The notes beneath the pieces are model-generated. The model ran no database searches. It was not told where the DNA came from and saw only the letters and a program-made list of their open reading frames with translations. A stretch of 45,642 nucleotides of DNA from the IMG/VR virus record IMGVR_UViG_3300009073_000008; one strand, written 5' to 3'. A program made the position numbers and the translations under genes. Shown in pieces: positions 39,978 through 45,642 of this stretch. The first letter of the stretch is position 1, and the number at the start of each line of letters is the position of its first letter. This DNA comes from a virus.

Positions 39978-41386
39978 TATCTCCTTCTATTGCGGTTATA
40001 CATCACTCCAAAGACACGTGGGGCATATCTACGCTTGTGAGAATTAACCTCAGTACCCTTCGCACGCTCCACTGTTACTTGATATTGGATATAGTCTGGG
40101 TCATCCTGTGGTATCACGCCGTCATGGTGGCGTATAGACCTTACAAAAGCCATCAGATAGTGATAGGCCATGTCATACCGGTCAACATCGAGCTTGTCAC
40201 CTTCTGTTGTGATACGCTGTGCGCGGTCATAGTAGTCCAACGTAAGCCGTCTGCCATACCATTGTGGACTTGGTAATGGAAATATATGTAGTAATTCGTT
40301 GTATACGGTATAGAATTGCGGTGCTCCTGTGTGTGTAGATGTCTCACCCTGCCAGATATTTGTACCTGTTGTAAATACCTCACTCGCGGCATCCTTCAAC
40401 GTCAGTGTATTCGTCACACGGTTATTCGCGGTGTACTCCAAGGGGGTATATCCTGCTTCATTGTAGACATTGATTGTCCCGGCATCATTGAGATCACTTG
40501 TGTCCTCAAGGTAAATCACACCATCCTCAAGTGCTGTGTCCTGTGAGACCTTGGTATTCACTGCATCGCGATATAATCCCTCCCATTCCGTACGCTTTTT
40601 AAACTTCAAAGGGTCTGTACCCTTGATTTGTACTTGCAATATAGACTTATTTGAGTGCTTTGTATCAATATCATCGGGCAAAGCAAATGTATTACTCCCG
40701 GGCTGTAGCTTGCCAAGGGACTGTACAAAGCTCTGGTTGTTGCTCCACCTGTGCAAACGCCCTCTCACGTCCGCAAGCATACGTGTCAGTGCACCAAAGA
40801 GCATGATTTGTGATAGCTTATCGTCATATCCTACGCCCTGTGTGGTCAATACTTCATCAATTACCTGTCCAACGGTATTCTCTCCATACCCTTCAACCGG
40901 CAAAGCTGCTGAAAATGCACTTACGCTCTGTGTAACTGAGTTGCCATAGCGCGCAAAGTAAAATCCTATCTCATGCTCAAAGTCATCAAAGATAAAAAAT
41001 GTCTGCTCCGGGTTGATTGTTGCGCTTGTGAGGGCTGTCTTAGCGCCATCAATCGTATCAGCATGGTATATCTGTATCTGGTCAAAACTGATTGCATTAA
41101 CACTGTCATCACGGAAATGATCTTTTCTTGGTGATGTTGTGATCTCCATGAGTGGTAAGGATGTGTCCTCATCTGTGCCAAAGTTTATATCTTTTATGTA
41201 TAGAAACTCTGCACCCTCACTCCCAAACGTACCCACAAGGATGATGTCATTATCAGAAAAGCCTACATTTGAGTAGACGGCCATTTCGATTGAGTCATCG
41301 TCATTGATATACAAAGCATCAGCAAGGCTTGTCTGCCCTGCCGGGTTCTTAATCTCCTCAATATTGAGCGTTATTCGTCTTGCCAT
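39977..41386 (-). CDS. 469-aa adaptor / tail tubular protein candidate
   Basis: ORF between the capsid module and the 911-aa gene. Positional inference only. Confidence 0.8.
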   Translation of the reverse strand: MARRITLNIEEIKNPAGQTSLADALYINDDDSIEMAVYSNVGFSDNDIILVGTFGSEGAEFLYIKDINFGTDEDTSLPLMEITTSPRKDHFRDDSVNAISFDQIQIYHADTIDGAKTALTSATINPEQTFFIFDDFEHEIGFYFARYGNSVTQSVSAFSAALPVEGYGENTVGQVIDEVLTTQGVGYDDKLSQIMLFGALTRMLADVRGRLHRWSNNQSFVQSLGKLQPGSNTFALPDDIDTKHSNKSILQVQIKGTDPLKFKKRTEWEGLYRDAVNTKVSQDTALEDGVIYLEDTSDLNDAGTINVYNEAGYTPLEYTANNRVTNTLTLKDAASEVFTTGTNIWQGETSTHTGAPQFYTVYNELLHIFPLPSPQWYGRRLTLDYYDRAQRITTEGDKLDVDRYDMAYHYLMAFVRSIRHHDGVIPQDDPDYIQYQVTVERAKGTEVNSHKRRYAPRVFGVMYNRNRRR

Positions 41387-41456
41387 TGTGATGTGTTTAA
41401 TATTCTCACCTAGTAAGAGGGTCGGGGCTAGATAACCCTCTCACATAGTCAGAACA

Positions 41457-41759
41457 CTAGAGTGCTGCCTTGATTGCTTTCGCAATGTCGGCTTGCTTCC
41501 TTGCGCCCTTGAGATCAATGTCATTGTCTTTTGCAAGCTCTCTGAGCTCCGCAACTTTCATACCATCAATCTCTTCGTCTGTGATGTCCTCTGCATCACC
41601 ATCAGTTTCAGTACCGGTATCATCGGTATCACCTTCTGCATCAATAGCTTCCTCAAGCAAAGCTTTACGCGTTTCAAGCGTTTCAAGCTCTGCCTTCGGG
41701 TCGCCAACGATACGGTTTGGGTGTACTTCCATAATCCGGTGCAAATTTGGTGCTCCCAT
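41457..41759 (-). CDS. 100-aa acidic protein with C-terminal Rho_N/SAP-like helix-hairpin
   Basis: MKVAELRELAKDNDIDLKGARKQADIAKAIKAAL resembles the Rho termination factor N-terminal (SAP-like) motif. Follows the major capsid gene. Confidence 0.75.
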   Translation of the reverse strand: MGAPNLHRIMEVHPNRIVGDPKAELETLETRKALLEEAIDAEGDTDDTGTETDGDAEDITDEEIDGMKVAELRELAKDNDIDLKGARKQADIAKAIKAAL

Positions 41760-41791
41760 AATTTTGCTTTAGAAATGAATTACCACCCGGA

Positions 41792-42793
41792 CTACACTGC
41801 TGCGTCTACACCAGTAGAACCAACAATCCATCGTCCATCAATCCAACCAAGGTCATACATCATGTTTGATTTGAAACCAATATCATCTGTATACCAGTCG
41901 ATTGAGTTGTCGCTCACGTTCGGTGCAACAAACTTTGGATAGTCAGAAATCTCACAAACAGCTCGACTTTCTTTCGTACAAGCCAAGTACCACTGATCTT
42001 TCTTAGTAGCATCGTACTGTCCTGCATTATCAGTAGCCAAGTATGGCAAGATAACGTGAGTGTACTTTCCACCATAGACGTTTGTGGTATCGTTTTGTCC
42101 GCGTCCGTTTGCATTACCCTCATTAACCTGTGACGTTGATTTCAAGAACTCGCGTACTTTGTTAATCGTTGCCGGGTCATCACTTGTAACAATGATGTTA
42201 GGTCGCATGGTAATTTTCTCTCCAAGGTTGTCTTTCATGTTTGTGAAAAGCAATTCAGCCTCTTCAAGTGCTGCACGCCCAAACTTCTTTGTGATCTTGT
42301 TTGAGTATGTTTTATCAGTACCTGTGAGGGTATGTGCTGCATGAAAGTTAGAAAGTCCATCTGCTGTAGCAGTTGAAACAGTCTCACCGTCAAGGTTTAC
42401 ATAGCTGTCCACGAAACCATAGGAAAGTTGATGCGTCATATCAAGCTCAAGGCGGTTCGCTGTCGTTTCGCCAAGCATAGACATAAGACGTTCAATCTCC
42501 CTGTATTTGTCAAACTTACGCATTTCATACGTAATTTTCTTCTCAAGACCAATTCGTGTCTGAGAAAAATTGTACTTGTAACCTTGTACAACCTTACTCT
42601 CACGGTATTCGTCACCCTCCTTTTTGCGTAGTGCAAAAGTGCTTCCGTCCATCTCGCTGTGTTCGCTTGTTTTCTCATCAACGCGGTACACGTCATAGAG
42701 CTGTGCTGCTACCTTCGGCACGCCCATAAAGGCTTTGCGCCAGATAACCTTAGCGTTCTTCACGAGGTCTGGAAACTGTTGTGTAGTTATCAT
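41792..42793 (-). CDS. major capsid protein (HK97-fold, inferred)
   Basis: 333 aa. Its position after the scaffold and decoration-like genes, its size, and flanking intergenic hairpins support the call. No motif-level proof. Confidence 0.72.
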   Translation of the reverse strand: MITTQQFPDLVKNAKVIWRKAFMGVPKVAAQLYDVYRVDEKTSEHSEMDGSTFALRKKEGDEYRESKVVQGYKYNFSQTRIGLEKKITYEMRKFDKYREIERLMSMLGETTANRLELDMTHQLSYGFVDSYVNLDGETVSTATADGLSNFHAAHTLTGTDKTYSNKITKKFGRAALEEAELLFTNMKDNLGEKITMRPNIIVTSDDPATINKVREFLKSTSQVNEGNANGRGQNDTTNVYGGKYTHVILPYLATDNAGQYDATKKDQWYLACTKESRAVCEISDYPKFVAPNVSDNSIDWYTDDIGFKSNMMYDLGWIDGRWIVGSTGVDAAV

Positions 42794-42864
42794 AAGACCA
42801 AGAAAATAGATTAAATAGGTCTCTTATTCAGTCTCTATTTTTGGTTGGCCTCTTTTTTTAAAGA

Positions 42865-43272
42865 CTAAGCATCTTCACGGACGATCTCAAATTCTGCCTT
42901 TGTAGCAGAAATGATACGCACTAGACGCAAACAGTTGATTGAGCTTGCGCCCACGTTTGCGCTATTGGCATCAGAGACATCGTAAGTCTTGCCCAATACT
43001 TTAGTACTTGCATCACCTGCGACACTATCACAGAGGATAGTTGCGTGCTTGTGACCTACCTGTGCATATGCAATCTCGCGTGTTGTTGCATCAGATGCGT
43101 CAACGCCTTCGAGACATACACCAACGAAAGTAGCTGCGTCAGATGTTGCCGTTGCCGGCTCAACTTCACCAGTTGTATCGTTGCGTACAAGTAGCATACC
43201 TACTGTATAGGCTGTGCTTGCCTTCTTGTTTGCGTGTTCAGTCGTAAAACGACCACTTTGAGTGTGAAACAT
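42865..43272 (-). CDS. 135-aa DUF2190-like head decoration/cement protein (tentative)
   Basis: Small beta-rich protein between the scaffold and capsid genes; FVGVCLEGVDASD...GKTYDVSD is DUF2190-like. Confidence 0.6.
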   Translation of the reverse strand: MFHTQSGRFTTEHANKKASTAYTVGMLLVRNDTTGEVEPATATSDAATFVGVCLEGVDASDATTREIAYAQVGHKHATILCDSVAGDASTKVLGKTYDVSDANSANVGASSINCLRLVRIISATKAEFEIVREDA

Positions 43273-43291
43273 AACAAGTTTTAGCGGTAAA

Positions 43292-44134
43292 TTAGAACAC
43301 TATCTCAGCGACATTACTATCATCAACGCTCTCAAGGTCTTTATCAGAGATACCTTTGAAACGCCCAGACATTTCCTTTGCTCCACGGTTTTCATTTTTC
43401 GAGCTAGTCTTTGTAGCCTTACCCTTACTCTTGCCTTTAGAGGCAATTTCTCGAGCTTTTGACTGCGCGACTGCCTTCTTTTTTTCCTTCTCAACATCAT
43501 CGGATGATGCTGTAAGCTCGCCATTTCGCAAACGCATTAGATCATACGCGTCATTGAGATCATTTGTGATACCCTCTTTGGTAGCATCGCCACCCTTCTT
43601 GTAAAACTTCATAACCTCAGTCCAACGCTCTTCATCTACTACATCGGGATGTGCCTTGTTGAAATCAGCAATCGCATCTTCCCGGACTTGCTTGCTCACC
43701 TTACGATCAGCAATTTGCTCCGGGGTCTGCTCCTCTCCCTCTTTAGGTTCTGCTTCGTCTCCGGGGAGACTACGCTTACGGCCTTTAAGGTCAAGTAGTC
43801 CATCGCGGTAGGTATCTCTATCCTTCGCGGTTTTCTCCTGCTCTTTCTCAAGTTCAGCAATACGCTCTTTTAGTGCTTCGGGTGAATTTTGCTTATCATC
43901 GTTCTCATCGTCAGTGTCGTCTTTGTCGTCCGCTTTATCGTCCACTTCGTCATCAGACTTTTTATCGTCATCAGCTTCCGCATCACGTTCTTGCGTATCA
44001 ACATCATCGTCACCGCCTTCTTGTCCCGACTTTCGCATAGCTTCCTCCAAGCTAATAGACTCTTCGTTTTTGTCAATTTCGTCAGTTACTTTCGCATCTA
44101 ACTCCGTTGCCTCAACGCCTTCTTGCTTCTCCAT
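43292..44134 (-). CDS. scaffolding protein
   Basis: 280 aa, highly acidic and helical (DDDKKSDDEVDDKADDKDDTDDENDDK), located between portal and capsid genes. Confidence 0.7.
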   Translation of the reverse strand: MEKQEGVEATELDAKVTDEIDKNEESISLEEAMRKSGQEGGDDDVDTQERDAEADDDKKSDDEVDDKADDKDDTDDENDDKQNSPEALKERIAELEKEQEKTAKDRDTYRDGLLDLKGRKRSLPGDEAEPKEGEEQTPEQIADRKVSKQVREDAIADFNKAHPDVVDEERWTEVMKFYKKGGDATKEGITNDLNDAYDLMRLRNGELTASSDDVEKEKKKAVAQSKAREIASKGKSKGKATKTSSKNENRGAKEMSGRFKGISDKDLESVDDSNVAEIVF

Positions 44135-44278
44135 AATATTTAAGGACTTATTTTAAGACGCTTCCCTACGTCCACAATTATTTAAGCTAGACTTTAAAAG
44201 TCTAACTACAGCAAGATAAGAAAGAGACCAATCAAACTTATCCTGCCATAGTTAGAGCTTCAAACTCTAATTGCATTT

Positions 44279-44605
44279 TTAAGGTGACGCGCCCACCTTG
44301 TTTTTCTTCTCTACCCTTCGCTCCTTGTCCAATACTTCAAGCATGTGGCCTTCCATCAAGCGCATTGAGCGTATCTCTCCCAGAGCCATCAATCGCTCTT
44401 CCTCAGTCCGGGGGATGGATATATACTCTAAACTCTTTTGAATACGTTGGTTTTTGTATGCCTTCCACCCTGCGCTACCGTGCAAACTCTTGAGAAATGG
44501 GCGCATTTCCTTGAGTGTCGTACCGTTCTGCTGCCTCAAGTCAGCCTGTATCAGTCGATACAAGAGCCATGTAAGCAATTTATGTTTGATTTTTGATACC
44601 CTCAT
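44279..44605 (-). CDS. hypothetical 108-aa protein
   Basis: ORF directly after the portal gene. A 144-nt hairpin-rich gap follows it. Confidence 0.65.
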   Translation of the reverse strand: MRVSKIKHKLLTWLLYRLIQADLRQQNGTTLKEMRPFLKSLHGSAGWKAYKNQRIQKSLEYISIPRTEEERLMALGEIRSMRLMEGHMLEVLDKERRVEKKNKVGASP

Positions 44606-44614
44606 ACACTTTTA

Positions 44615-45642
44615 TTATTGTGGTTGCTGTTGTGGTGCTCCTTGCTGCGCTGCTTCTGGTGGCAATGGCGGTGGCGCATCAAGGTTGTACTTACTTACAT
44701 CGTCACCATTATCCCGGGCAAACTCTGTGAATATAGCTTTTTGGTTCGTTCCAAATATCTGAGGAAAGAATTGAGCCATCTGTGCCAACTTCCTATCCTG
44801 CTTGGCCTGTGCAAGCGACTCCTCTTGGTCTCCAATACTCGACTGCTCCACCAAAACATCAAAATGCCACTCATCAACATACTTGTTACGTATGGCCATA
44901 AACTCTTCACTGCGCCCCTCCTTCTCACTCTCGCGCTCCTTATCGTCCATATCTTCACGTGTTGGCATCTTCGCATCATCATCCACCATCTCGATATTGA
45001 GTGTGCCAGTGTTGCCATCTGATAGCTGCGCGTCTGTTACTGCAAAGAATTTACTCTTAACCTTCGGGTCTGCATCACTCAAAGCCATCTCAATAGCCGG
45101 CTGTGTGTAGAACGTGAGGATGTTTGCAATACGTAGGATAGTCTTTTGCTTCCACAAATTTGCTTGAAACATCGTAAATACTCCTGCCAGCTTCTTTGCG
45201 CGCTCTGCTGCGATGATAACCTCACGTGCTGTATTGCCTGTTCCTTGCACTCCCTGTTGGTTCTTGTCCACTGAGGTAAGGTCTAAGCCCTGTGAGATAA
45301 GGTTTACCATTGATAGCTCGCTCTGATTGACGCTAGATAGTGGCATCTCCTTCACTTCATTGACGCTACTAACATAGATAACAGGGTCACGTGGGTCATT
45401 CTCCCAGTCCAAAGCATCCCTATTGGCCTGTCCTGCGATTAACTGCCTGTCCAAAGTCCTGTATGTCTTGTCCATCAACATGTTATAGAGGCTGTTGATG
45501 ATGTCCTGCTCGCCCATCATGCTGTTAGGTAGTGGGTTGCCATAAAAGAAATTACTTGCAAATGGCTCAAAGACTGTCTTTGCAAAGCCATATACCTTCT
45601 CACCCTTGTATGAAATGAGCATCGGTACATCCAAAATGACAA
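44615..45642 (-). CDS. portal protein, C-terminal part (continues upstream into 1015..1; last 123 nt duplicate the window start)
   Basis: Open frame reaches the window end. The track's M at 45634 is a TTG inside the continuous frame. Gln/Pro-rich C-terminus. Confidence 0.75.
   Translation of the reverse strand, partial: VILDVPMLISYKGEKVYGFAKTVFEPFASNFFYGNPLPNSMMGEQDIINSLYNMLMDKTYRTLDRQLIAGQANRDALDWENDPRDPVIYVSSVNEVKEMPLSSVNQSELSMVNLISQGLDLTSVDKNQQGVQGTGNTAREVIIAAERAKKLAGVFTMFQANLWKQKTILRIANILTFYTQPAIEMALSDADPKVKSKFFAVTDAQLSDGNTGTLNIEMVDDDAKMPTREDMDDKERESEKEGRSEEFMAIRNKYVDEWHFDVLVEQSSIGDQEESLAQAKQDRKLAQMAQFFPQIFGTNQKAIFTEFARDNGDDVSKYNLDAPPPLPPEAAQQGAPQQQPQ
45520..45642. repeat. terminal overlap identical to 1..123
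   Basis: Direct comparison of both window ends. Confidence 0.9.

Noticed and set aside
44135-44278. Hairpin-rich 144-nt gap before the scaffold gene (17-nt palindrome TAGACTTTAAAAGTCTA; TTAGAG/CTCTAA stem) as a third late promoter or leader
   Set aside because: It shares no blocks with the two leader copies, has no convincing -35/-10 pair, and has no U-tract on the coding strand. The function is undetermined, so it is not called.

Overview
The window is a complete, circularly closed dsDNA tailed-phage genome. Bases 1-123 are identical to 45520-45642, so the unique length is 45,519 bp and the portal gene crosses the junction. It looks temperate (tyrosine integrase) and podovirus-like, since I see no tail tube, sheath or classical tape-measure genes. 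All ~65 convincing genes are on the minus strand. I found no tRNA, rRNA or CRISPR array.

Modules in transcription order (descending coordinates, wrapping the circle):
- Early/recombination/replication operon, 15071->3706: DnaJ-type Zn-finger protein, membrane-anchored Rpf-like transglycosylase, ERF annealase, YqaJ exonuclease, SSB-like protein, NinB-like protein, replisome organizer with internal iterons, DnaB, RusA, and many small Cys-rich or membrane proteins.
- Late unit 1, 3343->1 and 45519->26846: TerS, TerL, small helical protein, portal, scaffold, decoration-like protein, major capsid, 469-aa and 911-aa tail/nozzle candidates, internal-core candidates including a 2498-aa polyvalent protein, and two membrane proteins.
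- Late unit 2, 26652->16837: beta-helix tailspike, 1613-aa FN3/GH5/lyase fibre, holin, M23 endolysin, four membrane proteins, SNase-like nuclease, secreted protein, and Zn-ribbon protein.
- A terminator-insulated int + small-HTH cassette, 16530->15388, next to a candidate attP.

The most unusual signal is a two-copy promoter -> ~100-nt structured leader -> intrinsic terminator element placed immediately before each late unit (3344-3487 and 26653-26807). The two copies differ by compensatory base changes in three helices, and an antiterminator pairing excludes the terminator.

Almost no gene has a Shine-Dalgarno motif. The host cannot be assigned from the sequence alone. All functional calls come from motif recognition by eye, with no database search.
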